Part shown: positions 13,020-24,548 of the stretch, in pieces
Position numbering within the stretch: the stretch's first letter is position 1
Layout: each line of letters begins with the position of its first letter
Source: Malacoraja senta
Taxonomy: Eukaryota
DNA: 64,000 nucleotides
Direction: 5' to 3'
Assembly (NCBI GenBank): GCA_038087875.1
Contig: JAXLNO010000110.1
Span: 1-64,000 of the forward strand
Program-made: the position numbers and the translations under genes
The notes under the pieces: generated by a model
Told to the model about the DNA's origin: nothing
What the model saw: only the letters and a program-made list of their open reading frames with translations
Database searches by the model: none

Positions 13020-13938
13020 CATAGAAACATAGACAATAGGTGCAGGAGCAGGCCATTCGGCCCTTTGAGCCAGCAAAGCCATTCAATGTGATCATAGCTG
13101 ATCATCCACAATCAGTACCCCGTTCCTGCCTTCTCACCATATCCCTGGATTCCACTAGTCCTAAGAGCTCTATCTAACTCTTTTTTGAATGCATCCAGTG
13201 AATCGGCCTCCACTGCCTTCTGAGGCAGAGAATTCCCCAAATTCACAACTCTCTGGGTGAAAAGGTTTTTACTCATATCAGTTCAAAATGGCGTACCCCT
13301 TATTCTTAAACTGTGGTCCCTGGTTCTGGACTCCCCCAACATCGGGAACATGTTTCCTGCATTTAGCTTATCCAATCCCTTAATAATTTTATATGTTCCT
13401 ATAAGATGCCCTCTCATCCTTCTAAATTCCAGTGAATACAAGCCCAGTCGACCCATTCTTTCATCATATGACAGTCCCGCCATCCCATTAATTAACCTCG
13501 TGAACCTACGCTGCACTCCCTCAATAGCAAGAATTGTCTTTCCTCAAATTTGGAGATCTAAACTGCACACGATAATCCAGGTGTGGTCTCACCAGGGCCC
13601 CGTACAACTGTAGAAGGACCTCTTTGCTGCATGCTTACTTTCAGTGACTGATGGACAAGGACACCCAGGTCTCGTTGCACTTCCCGTTTTCCTAATCTGA
13701 CACCATACAGATAATAATCTGGCTTCTTGTTCTTGCCACCAAAGTGGATAACCTCACATTTATCCACATTAAACTGCATCTGCCATGCATCTGCCCACTC
13801 GCCCAACCTGTCCAAGTCACCCTGCATCCTCATAGCATCCTCCTCACAGTTCACACTGCCACCCAGCTTTGTGTCATCTGCAAATTTGCTAATGTTACTT
13901 TTAATTCCTTCATCTAAATCATTGATATATATTGTAAA
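13020..13938 (-). mobile_element. CR1 LINE 3' fragment, cut by Helitron copy 2
   Basis: WQMQFNVDKCEVIHFG and [10 protein letters not shown]...GESRTR motifs; CTATGT-type 3' tail at ~13020-13035. Confidence 0.9.
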
Positions 13939-16189
13939 CTAGACTAAGTGGGACCCGTTGGGTCTCAGCTTCACACGGGAGGGCTGGTTCCCCCAACGCA
14001 ATATTCCACCTCTCCACCAATTCCAATATTGCTGGCCAGTGGGGAGGGGGGGGGGGCTTTCTGGAGCGCTAACATGGGTTTTGTGGGCCGAAGGGACTGG
14101 TTTCCAGAGGGCTAGCATGGAAATTGTGCACCGAATGGATTCTTGGGCTGGCAGCTCAGTCACTGATGCATGGCAGCTCAGTCACTCAGGCCTGGCAGGC
14201 TGGCTGCTCAGAAACTGCCCAAAATTCTGCTGAAAACAGGTGACAGACTATGTGAGAGAGAAGGGGAGAGGGTGGACAATCAATTTGAGAAATTTTCATC
14301 TTTTTTAACAGATCACAGCAATGAAGGAGGAAAGACTATCCTCGCGTGGATCTCTGGAGTGCTACTATGGGTGTTGTGTGCTGAAGGGACTGGTTTCCGG
14401 AGGGCTAGTATGGACATTGTGGACTGAACGGATTCTTGGACTTGCAGTTCAGTGAGTCATGGCTGGTGGGCTGACACTTCATTCACTTACAGCTGGTGTG
14501 GTGGCAGTTCACTCAGTTACCCGTCTTCCCTTCACCACCCAACTCTGCTCCTTGCCATTCCCCTCCCCCCCACGCATTCATTCCATCTCCCCTCAACCCC
14601 CCCCCCCCCCATGCACTCTTAATGGTTCTCCGACATCGCAGCCATTCCTGCCTATTAGGTTCCCATTGTGATGAAGAACACGCAGACATGGCAAGTGAAA
14701 AAATGATTTATTAAAGTTTAAAATATGAATGAGTCTTAAAACATTGCAAGTCCAACCTCACGGCACTCCAAGCAGAGTGGAAGCAGCCAGTCCAACCTCA
14801 CGGCACTCCAAGCAGAATGGAGGCAGCAAGTCCAACTTCACAGCACTCCAAGCAGAGTGGAGGCAGCAAGTCCAACCTCACAGCACTCCAACAGAAACAC
14901 ACACACAGGGACACACACACATACACACACAAACACACACACAAACACAAAGACACACACAAACACAAAGACACACGCACATACACACACACAAACACAT
15001 ACACACAAATACAAACGAACACACACACACACATATACACATATACACACCCTCACACACACACACATACACACACAGGCACACCCTCACACACACAGGC
15101 ACACAAAGGCACACACACACAGCACCAATACTAAAATGCCAAGTAACTTCAGAATGTGGTAAGCATACTGAATCCTGTTACTAACCATATACTCTATGTA
15201 AGTAGTTTGAAAATAAGAACACAGTTGTGTCTAAACCAAATGATTCCAATGTTTAAAGCCATTTTTCTCCTGAAGCACTCCTCCAGAGCTGCTGCTACTG
15301 CAAAAACGTGCTTTAAATAACTTTCAACAAACGCACACACACCATATGTATGGCAGTAAGCTCTCTTGAATTACTCAAACGGTTCAGGCTGATGTCTCCA
15401 CTTTGGGCCTTCCGCACTCAGCGCCACCTCTGAACTCACCGGAAATGACGCATTCAGCACACCCTCTCCACTAAGCGGAAGTCACGGAATGAGCGACAAT
15501 TTTGCATTATACACAGTCCTGATCTAATAAAACGTTTATTCATGGTTTTACCTTCCAAAACCTGTTGCACAGCAAGCCACATTTAAAAAGCAAGCCACAT
15601 TTAAAAGGCAAAACACATTTTAAAATAAAGGCGCACTTTTCAATTAGCGGCACAGTCAAAGGGCACACTTCAATTAGCGGCACAGTCAAAAGGCACACTT
15701 TGCAATTAGTGGCACAGTCAAAGGCACACTTTTCAATTAGCGGCACAGTCAAAAGGCACACTTTTCAATTAGTAGCACAGTCAAAATGCACATAAAAACA
15801 TTTATTCCTTCCAAACACAGTTCATAAAACCACACTCACAGTTTAGTAGACATGTGTTCAGTGTTCAGTTTATTCACAGCTCAGACTGAGAGTCGTGACC
15901 TCTCCCTCCCCCATCTTGCAGCGACTGTGGCACGTCCACACTTCCGGGTTTTATAGTCCCCCTCCCATCGGAAGGGGCGTGGCCTTCATGGTGTGATTGC
16001 TAGGAGAGAGAATCTCAACATTTTTAAGCATCATTAAGCGATATTTTTCATCGATGGGAAAAATCCTCTGGCCCTGACAGCTGGAGGGGGACTCTAAGAT
16101 GGCCAAAAATTGCAGCCGTTAGTGGTAGCGATTTTTCTAAAATTAATATACAGCGCAAACAGGAAGTGGTCAAGATTTGACATTTAATT

Positions 16190-19100
16190 ACTTGCCTTTG
16201 CATTTTGAAAGCAACCGCACTTGCCTTTGCATTTTCAAAGCAAAATATTTGCATTTTCAAAGCAAACCATTTGCATTTTCAAAGCAAACCATTTGCATTT
16301 TCAAAGCAAACCACCTTTTGCATTTTCAAAGCAAGCCACCTTTTGCATTTTAAGAGCAAACCACCTTTTGCATTTTCAAAACAAACCACCTTTTGCATTT
16401 TCAAAGCAAATCACCTTTTGCATTTTCAAAGCAAACCACCTTTTGCATTTTTATAGCAAACCACCTTTTGCCTTTTCAAAGCAAGCCACTGATACACCAC
16501 CATCAAGAATGCCTACCGCTCTATCCCTCGCCCTCACTTCGGTAAATCCGACCATACTGCCTACAGGCAGCAATTAAAGAGTGCCTCCCCAGAGGTGAGG
16601 ACTGTACAGAGCTGGTCGGGGGTGGGGGGGGTGGGCAGAGGAACAACTCCAGGACTGTTTGGAGTCTGTAGACTGGGCAATGTTCAAGGACTCGGTAACA
16701 GACTTGAACGAATACGCCACAGTTGTTACAGACTTCATAAAGAAATGTGTGGAGGACTGCATCCCTACAAAAACTTCCGAGTGTTTCCCAATCAGAAGCC
16801 TTGGATGAACTCTGAGATCCGCACCCTTCTGAAGACCAGGCACCGGACATTCATGGCTGATGATACAGTGGTCTACAAGAAGTCCAGATACGACCTTGGT
16901 AAGGCCATCAAAAAGGCCAAAAGGGACTTCTGCTCCAAGCTGGAGGATGAGACAGATGTTCGGCAGCTGTGGCGGGGCCTGAATACAATCACCTCCTACA
17001 AGGCGAAATTAGGAGGCAGCTCGAATGTCGGCGAAACATCACTCCCTGACGAGCTCAATGCGTTTTACGCACGCTTTGATAGGGAGAACACTGATGTGCC
17101 TTCCCGAGCCCCCATTCGCTGCGATGGTATTTCAGTCACAGTCACAGAGGCCGACGTCAGGAAATCCTTCAGAGGGGTGAACCCTCGAAAAGCGTCTGGA
17201 CCTGAAGGTATACCCGGTCGTGTTCTAAAAACCTGTGCGGACCAACTGGCTGGAGCTTTTACGGATATTTTCAACCTCACTTCTGAGGTCTGAGGTCCCC
17301 ACCTGCTTTAAAAGGGCATCAATTATACCCATGCCCAAGAAGAGCAAGGTGACGTGCCTGAATGATTATTGACCAGTGGCACTAACATCGGTGGTGATGA
17401 AGTGTTTTGAGAGGTTGATCATGGCGCAAATCAACTTCTACCTCGACAAAGACCTGGACCCACTGCAGTTCGCTTATCGCCACAACAGGTCAACGGTGGA
17501 TGCGATCTCGCTGGCTCTCAACTCCGCTATGGACCACTTGGACAACAAAAACTCATTTGTCAGGCTGTTATTCATTGATTACAGCTCGGCTTTTAATACA
17601 ATCATCCCCTCCAAGCTGGTTACCAAACTCGCAGAACTGGGTCTCTGCGCCTCCCTCTGCAATTGGATCCTCGACTTCTTCCTTCACAGACCACAGTCTG
17701 TTCGTATTGGTGGAAATGTGTCAGCCTCGATAACAATCAGCACGGGAGCATCTTAAGGCTGCGTGCTCAGCCCCCTGTTGTACTTACTCGATACTCATGA
17801 TTGCGTAGCCGGTCATAGTGCGAACTCCATCATCAAGTTCGCTGACGACACCACTGTTGTGGGACGTATCACTGATGGGGACGAGTCAGAGTATAGAAGA
17901 GAGATCGAGCGACTGCATATGGTGCCAGCACAATAACCTGGCCCTCAACACCAGCAAAACCAAGGAACTGATTGTGGAATTTGGAAGTAGGATGGGGACC
18001 CACAGTCCTGTTTATATCAACGTGTCGATGGTCGAAAGGGTCAAGAGCTTCAAATTCGTGGAAGTGCATATCTCTGAAGATATTTTCTGGTCCGAGAACA
18101 CTGATGCAATTATTAAGAAAGCAAATCAGCACCTCTACTTCCTGAGAAGATTACGGAGAGTCGGTTTGTCAAGGACTCTCTCTAAATTCTACAGGTGCAC
18201 AGTAGAGAGCATGCTGACCGGTTGCATCGTGGCTTGGTTCGGCAACATGTGCGCCCTGGAGCAGAAAAGACTACAGAAAGTAGTAAACACTGCCCAGTCC
18301 ATAAACGGCTCTGACCTCCCTTCCATCGAGGGGATCTATCGCAGTCGCTGCCTCAAAAAGGCTGGAAGTATCATCAAGGACCCACACCATCCTGGCCACA
18401 CACTCATCTCCCAGCTACCTTCAGGTAGAAGGTACAGGAGCCTGAAGACTGCAACATCCAGGTTCAGGAATAGCTACTTCCCCACAGCCATCAGGCTATT
18501 AAACTCGACTCGGACAAAACTCTGATCATTAATAACCCATTATCTGTTTATTTGCACTTTATCGGTTTATTTATTCATGTGTGTATATATTTATATAATG
18601 GTATATGGTCACACTGATCTGTTATGTAGTCATACCTACTATGTTCTGTTCTGCTGAAGCAAAGCAAGAATTTCATTGTCCTATCAGGGACACATGACAA
18701 TAAACTCCCTTGAATCTTAAATCTTTTGCAATTTCAAAGCAAACCACCGTTTGCATTTTCAAAGCAACCCACCTTTTGCATTTTCAAACCAATCCTTTTT
18801 GCATTTTCAAAGCAAACATTTTTGCATTTTCAAAGCAAACCTATTTGCATTTTCAAAGCAAACCTATTTGCATTTTCAAAGCAAACCTATTTGCATTTTC
18901 AAACCAAACCTTTTGCATTTTCAAACCTAACCTTTTGCATTTTCAAACCAAACCTTTTGCATTCACAAAACAAACCATTTGCATTTTCAAACCAAACCAC
19001 CATTTGCATTTTTAAACCAAACCACCATTTGCATTTTCAAACCAACCCCCAATTTGCATTTTCAAACCAAACCACCATTTGCATTTTCAACCCAAACCAC

Positions 19101-19345
19101 CATTTGCATTTTCAAACCAAACCGTTTGCATTTTCAAACCAAACCTTTTGCCTTTTCAAACCAAGCCTTTTGCATTTTCAAACCAAACCACCTTTTGCAT
19201 TTTCAAACCAAACCACCTTTTGCATTTTCAAACCAAACCACCTTTTGCATTTTCATACCAAACCTTTTGCATTTTCAAACCAAACCTTTTACATTTTCAA
19301 ACTACATTTTCAAACTACGTTTTCAAACCACATTTTCAAACCACA
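16190..19345. repeat. ~22-25 bp minisatellite (ttttgcattttcaaa[g/c]caaaccacc) inside Helitron copy 2, in two blocks 16190-16489 and 18725-19345
   Basis: Direct tandem repeats on both sides of the Rex1 insertion. Confidence 0.9.
16490..18724 (+). mobile_element. Rex1/Babar-clade LINE, 5'-truncated
   Basis: Motifs [58 protein letters not shown]...RFRNSYFP; 3' tail GACAATAAAC plus TTGAATC-like repeats. Contains stops and frameshifts. Confidence 0.92.
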
Positions 19346-19494
19346 TTAAGGGGAAACTTTTCCACACAGAGGGTGGTAGGTGTATATAACGAGCTGCCGG
19401 AGGAGGTAGTTGATGCTGGGACTATCACAACACTTGGGCAGGAACATGGATAGGACAGGTTTGGAGGGATATGGGCCAAACACGGGCAGGTGGG

Positions 19495-19925
19495 ACAAGT
19501 GTAAATGGGGCATGTTGGCTGGTGTGGGCTAGTTGGGCTGAAGGACCTGTTTCCGTGAATCTGCGACTAGTGTAGATGGGGCATGTTGGTCGGTGTGAGC
19601 AAGTTGGGCTGAAGGAAGGGCCTCTTTCCATGACTCTGTGACTAGTGTAGATGGGACATGTTGGTCGGTGTGGGTAAGTTGGGCTACAGGAAGGGCCTGT
19701 TTCCATGACCCTGCGACTAATGTAGATGGGGCATGTTGGCAGGTGTGGACGTTGGGCCAAAGGGCCTGTCTCCGTGACATTGTGACTAGTGTAGATGGAA
19801 CATGTTGGCCGGTGTGGGCAAGTAGGGCTGCAGGAAGGGCCTGTTTCCGTGACTCTGGGACTAGTGTAGATGGGGCATGTGAGCCGGTGTGGGCAAGTTG
19901 GGCTGAAGGGCCTGTTTCCGTGACC
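19495..19925 (+). repeat. Tandem array (~6 x ~70 bp) of the CR1 3'-terminal sequence
   Basis: Unit gactagtgtagatggggcatgttggccggtgtgggcaagttgggctgaagggcctgtttccgtgactctgg matches the single-copy CR1 tail at ~38039-38120. Confidence 0.88.
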
Positions 19926-20418
19926 CGTTCCCTATAGAATGAGGACATCTCTGATGCCCTGGTTTGGAACACCTCATCCTGGGTGCAGATGCGCCGTAGA
20001 CAGAGGAATTGGGAGAAGGGGATACAGGAAGCAGGGTGGCAAGAAGTGTAGTCCAGATAGCCATGGGAGTCAGTGAGTTTGTAGCAGATGTCGGTCAGTA
20101 GTCTGTTACCTACGATGGAGAAAGTGAGGTCTAGAAACGGTAGGGAGATGTCGGAAATGGTCCAGGTGAATTTGAATGCCGGATGGAAGTTAGTGGAGCA
20201 ATGGATGAAGTCAGTGAGTTCTGCATGGGTGCAGGACGTGGCACTAATGCAGTCATCAATGTAGCGGAGGTAGAGTTCAGGGATAGGGCCAAGGTACGCC
20301 TCGAACAAGGATTGTTCGACGTACCCTACAAAGAGGCAGGCATAGCTGGGGCCGATGCGCGTGCCCATAGCTACACCTTGAATTTGGTGGAAATGGGAGG
20401 AGTCAAAGAAAAAGTCAT
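19925..20418 (-). mobile_element. Penelope-like element, reverse transcriptase fragment
   Basis: MGTRIGPSYACLFVGYVEQ...YLRYIDD...LPFLDL...HGYLDYTS motifs. Confidence 0.85.
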
Positions 20419-20564
20419 TATGTGATCAGCAGAGATGCTGAAAACATGAGCAGCAAATTACACAAGGTGCCAGAAACACCAGAAACAGGTCCATGTTCTC
20501 CACAGATGCTGCCTGACCCGCTGTTACTCCAGCACTTATGTAGTTCCTTGATTTTCATCCCAAA

Positions 20565-20880
20565 TCTTTCAGGTCGAGTCCCTTCTTCAGACTGATGTTG
20601 GCGTGGGGGGGGGGGGGAAGAAAGGAAGAGGAGGAAACAGTAGGCTGTGGGAAAGCTGGGAAGGGGAGGGGAAGGAGGGAGAAACCACTGATATTGGATA
20701 ATGGGAAGATGAGGCCAATAGTACGATCCCCTTGGAGGTGGCAAAAATGTCGGAGGATTATCTGTTGCATGTGTCGGCTGGTAGGGTGGAAGGTGAGGAC
20801 ATGGGAGACTCTCCTTGTTACGAGCAGGGGGATGGGGAGTAAGAGCGGAGCTGCGGGATATAGAAGAGATCCTGATAAGA
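20565..20880 (-). mobile_element. Penelope-like 3' region / pseudo-LTR fragment (also at ~29340-29660, 31805-32125 and 63770-64000)
   Basis: VLTFHPTSRHMQQIILRHFCHLQ peptide followed by AGTCTGAAGAAGGG..TCGACC.GAAA. Confidence 0.75.
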
Positions 20881-21530
20881 GTGCTGGAGAAACTGAGCAG
20901 GTCAGGCACCATCTCTGGAGGAAAAGGATGGATGATATTTTGGGTAAGAACCCTTCTTCTGTTCCATCCCAAAATCTCTTGTTTCTCCAGAGATGCTGCC
21001 TGACCCACTCAGTTACTCCAGCAATGTGTCCATCTTTCGTATAAACCAGCATCTACAGGTCTTGGTTTCCACATTTTACATCATCCAGATTCAATTTCAG
21101 TTGTAATAAGGTTAGGGTGTCATCACTTTTATTTCTGACACTGTACCCTCTGGTCCGAGACTCTCCTACTGTTAGAAACATCCTTTTAGTTCGGAGATAC
21201 AGCACAGAAACTGCACAATTCCAGTTGCACCAGAAAAAATCATGAAAAACCCTGGACACTTCAAATGACACAATTAAAAGGAAAAGTCAACACAATTAAT
21301 CAAAGAAGCAAACACAATTCAGTAGAGAGCTATAGTGTTCTCCCCGACCTCACACCCTGGAGATGTAGATTAACATCAGACACAAGGGGAGACTCCCTGT
21401 CTCTACCCTGAACACAAAGACAGACTCCCTGTCTCTACGCTGAGCACCGCTCCCGACGACAGCCCAGGACCACTGCACACAGACGACAGCCCAGGACCAC
21501 TGCTTCCATCCACAGGGACAGTTTTACAAT

Positions 21531-21731
21531 TATTGAATTACCAAAGGCAATTAACCTACAAACCTGCACGTCTTTGGAGTGTGGGATGAAACCAGAGCAC
21601 CCGGAGAAAACCCACGCAGGTCATGGGGAGAACATGCAAACTCTGTACAGACAGCACCCGTAGTCAAGATGGAACCAGGGTCTCTGGCGCTGTGAGGCAG
21701 CAACTCTACAGTTGCACCACCGTGCCGACCC
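21531..21731 (-). mobile_element. tRNA-derived V-SINE (HE1-like), 5' part; duplicated at 30081-30280
   Basis: GGCACGGTGG..GTAGAGTTGCTGCC head and a GGTGCTCTGGTTTCATCCCACACTCCAAAGAC V-domain-like segment. Confidence 0.8.
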
Positions 21732-21964
21732 ATTATTTGATATTTTTCCATCCATGATTCCATTTTTTATTCCACAGCAGCTCGCTGGTTCACAAATTGT
21801 TCACATTGAGAATGTCAACCTGAGGGGAAACTTTTCCTCGCAGAGAGTGGTGGGTGTATAGAACGAGCTGCCAGAGGTAGTTGAGGCTGGGACTATCACA
21901 ACACTTGGACAGGTGCATGGATAGGACAGGTTTGGAGGGATACGGGCCAAACATGGGCAGGTGG

Positions 21965-22472
21965 CACTAGTGTAAATGGGGCCTGTTGGCCAGTGTGGGC
22001 AAGGTGGGCTGAAGGATCGGCCTCTTTCGAAGACTCTATACTAGTGTAGATGGGGCATGTTGGCCAGTGTGGGCTAGTTGGGCTGAAGGGCCTGTTTCCG
22101 TGACTGCGACTAGTGTAGATGGGGCATGTGGGCTGGTGTAGGCAGGTTGAGCTGAAGGAAGGGCCTCTTTCCATGATTCTGGGACTAGTTAGATGGGGCA
22201 TGTTGGTCGGTGTGGGCAAGTTGGGCTGAATGGCCTGTTTCCGTGACTCTGGGACTAGTTAGATGGGGCATGTTGGTCGGTGTGGGCAAGATCAGCTGAA
22301 GGGCCTGTTTCCGTGACTCTGGGACTAGTGTAGATGGGGCATGTTGGCCGGTGTAGGCAAGTTGGGCTGAAGGGCCAGTTTCCAGGCTGAGTGACTGGTG
22401 TACATGGGGAATGTTAGCCGGTTTGGGCAAGTTGGGCTGAAGGGCCTGTTTCCGTGACTTTGGGACTAGTGT
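21965..22472 (+). repeat. Second CR1-tail tandem array (~7 x ~70 bp)
   Basis: Same unit as 19495-19925, preceded by an ordinary CR1 3' segment from ~21820. Confidence 0.88.
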
Positions 22473-22475
22473 ACT

Positions 22476-23323
22476 GGTACTCAACCCAACCAAAACAAAA
22501 GAACTGGTGATTGACTTCAGGAGGAGGAGAGAGGAACCTGCTCCTCTCCACATCAAAGGAGACATGGCGGAGAGAGTCACTGACTTTAGGTTCCTGGGCA
22601 CACACATCTCCCAGGACCTCACATGGACAGTGAACACCATCACCCTCGTGAAGAAGTCACAGCAGCGGATATATTTCCTGAGGACTCTGCGGAGAGCAAA
22701 CGTCTCACAGCAGCTGCTGCTGACCTTCTACCGGTGCGCCGTGGAAAGCATCCTCTCCTAAGGCATCCTGGTGTGCTTTGCTAGCTGCACTGTGGCTGGA
22801 AGGAAGGCACTACAGAGAGTTATTAAAACAGCATAGAGCATCACAAACGCTCAACTACCTTCCCTGGAAGACATTTACAGGGCCCGATGTTTACGTCGAG
22901 CCACAAACATCACACAGGGCTCATCCCACCCTGCCAACCACCTTTTCACTCTGCTGCCCTCTGGGCGGCGATACAGGTCTCTGAAGGCCCGCACTTGTAG
23001 ACTAATTAACAGTTTCTACCCACGTGCCATTAAAGAACTAAACTCAAATAGATAACACTGCTGGCAACACAACACTATGCGTGGGGTAATATAATGCACA
23101 ATATTTTTTTATATTTCTATTATCTATTTATTAATTTTATTTTATTAATTTCATTTACTGATCTTGCCGGTATATGAGAGTCAATGGTTGTTTGTGTTTT
23201 TGTTCTTTTAATCTTTTATCCCATGTCTTCTATGTATACCACTGAAGGAGATGCAATGACATTTCGTTGTACAGTTGTTGTGCAATGACAATAAACGTAT
23301 TTGATTGGATTGATTGATTTTGA
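22476..23323 (+). mobile_element. Rex1/Babar-clade LINE 3' fragment (second subfamily)
   Basis: KTKELVIDFRR...FRFLGTHIS.DLTW...FYRCAVES motifs, GACAATAAAC and a (GATT)n tail. Confidence 0.88.
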
Positions 23324-23342
23324 TAGACGGGACATGTTCTTA

Positions 23343-23735
23343 GAGAGGGGGGTCTTATAGAAACAGATAAAATTATAAAAGGACTGGACAAGCTAGATGC
23401 AGGAAAAATGTTCCCAATGTTGGGCGAGTCCAGAACTAGGGGCCACAGTCTTAGAATAAAGGGGAGGTCATTTAAGACTGAGGTGAGAAAAAACTTTTTT
23501 ACCCAGAGAGTTGTGAATTTATGGAATTCCCTGCCACAGAGGGCAGTGGAGGCCAAATCACTGGATGGATTTAAGAGAGAGTTAGATAGAGCTCTAGGGG
23601 CTAGTGGAGTCAAGGGATATGGGGAGAAGGCAGGCACGGGTTATTGATCGGGGACGATCAGCCATGATCACAATTAATGGCGGTGCTGGCTCGAAGGGCC
23701 GAATGGCCTCCTCCTGCTAGTTTCTATGTTTCTAT
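23343..23735 (+). mobile_element. CR1 3' fragment
   Basis: GESRTRGHSLRI...FFTQRVVNLWNSLP and a TTTCTATG tail. Confidence 0.9.
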
Positions 23736-24063
23736 GTTGGCCTGTGTGGGCAAGATAGGCTGAAGAGCCTGTTTCCGTGACTCTGCGACTAGTGTAATGG
23801 GGCATGTTGGCCGGTGGGGTGAGGTTAGGATGAAGAGCCTGTTTCCGTGACTTTGGGACTAGTGTAGACGGGGCATGTTGTTCGGTGTGGGCAAGTTGGG
23901 CTGAAGGGCCTGTTTCCGTGCTGGATGACTGGTGTAGATGGGGCATGTTGGCCGGTTTGGGTAAGTTGGGCTGAAGGGCCTGTTTCCGTGACTCTGGGAC
24001 TAGTGTAAATGGGACATGTTGGCTGTTGTGGGCAAGTTGGGCTGAAGGGCCTGTTTCCGTGAC
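23735..24063 (+). repeat. Third CR1-tail tandem array (~5 units)
   Basis: Same ~70-bp unit; joins the Penelope fragment with the same junction as at 19925. Confidence 0.85.
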
Positions 24064-24548
24064 CCGTTGCCTATAGAATGAGGACATCACCGATGCCCTG
24101 GTTTGGAACACCTCATCCTGGGTGCAGATGCGCCATAGACGGAGGAATTGGGAGTAGGGGATACAGGAAGCAGGGTGGGAAGAAGTGTAGTCCAGATAGC
24201 CATGGGAGTTTGTAGTAGATGTCGGTCAATAGTCTGTTACCTGCGATGGAGATAGTGAGGTCTAGAAACGGTAGGGAGATGTCGGAAATGGCCCAGGTGA
24301 ATTTGAGTACCGGATGGAAGTTAGTGGGAATATGAATGAAGTCAGTGAGTTCTGCATGGGTGCAGGAGGTAGCACCAATGCAGTCGTCAGTGTAGCGGAG
24401 GTAGAGTTCGGGGATAGGGCCAGTGTACGCCTCGAACCAGGATTGTTCGACGTACCCTACAAAGGGACAGGCATAGCTGGGGCCCATGCACATGCCCATA
24501 ACTACACCTTGGATTTGGAGGAAATGGGAGTCAAAGGAAAAGTCATTA
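24064..24548 (-). mobile_element. Penelope-like RT fragment (duplicate); partial copies at 26698-26907 and 30647-30793
   Basis: MGPSYAC.FVGYVEQ...YLRY.DD; boundaries identical to 19925-20418. Confidence 0.85.

Larger units (their letters stand above)
13939..19350 (-). mobile_element. Non-autonomous Helitron, copy 2 (5' end missing; contains a Rex1 insertion and several minisatellites)
   Basis: CTAG at 13939-13942 next to hairpin GGGACCCGTTGGGTCTC. Shares internal modules with copies 1 and 3. Inserted after ...TGTAAA, where an intact CR1 continues TAGCTG (see ~52316-52327). Confidence 0.8.

Noticed and set aside
18710..19453. Repetitive ORFs open in several frames (also 16205-16577, 43627-44421, 44592-45190)
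   Set aside because: Minisatellite translations with no domain motifs.
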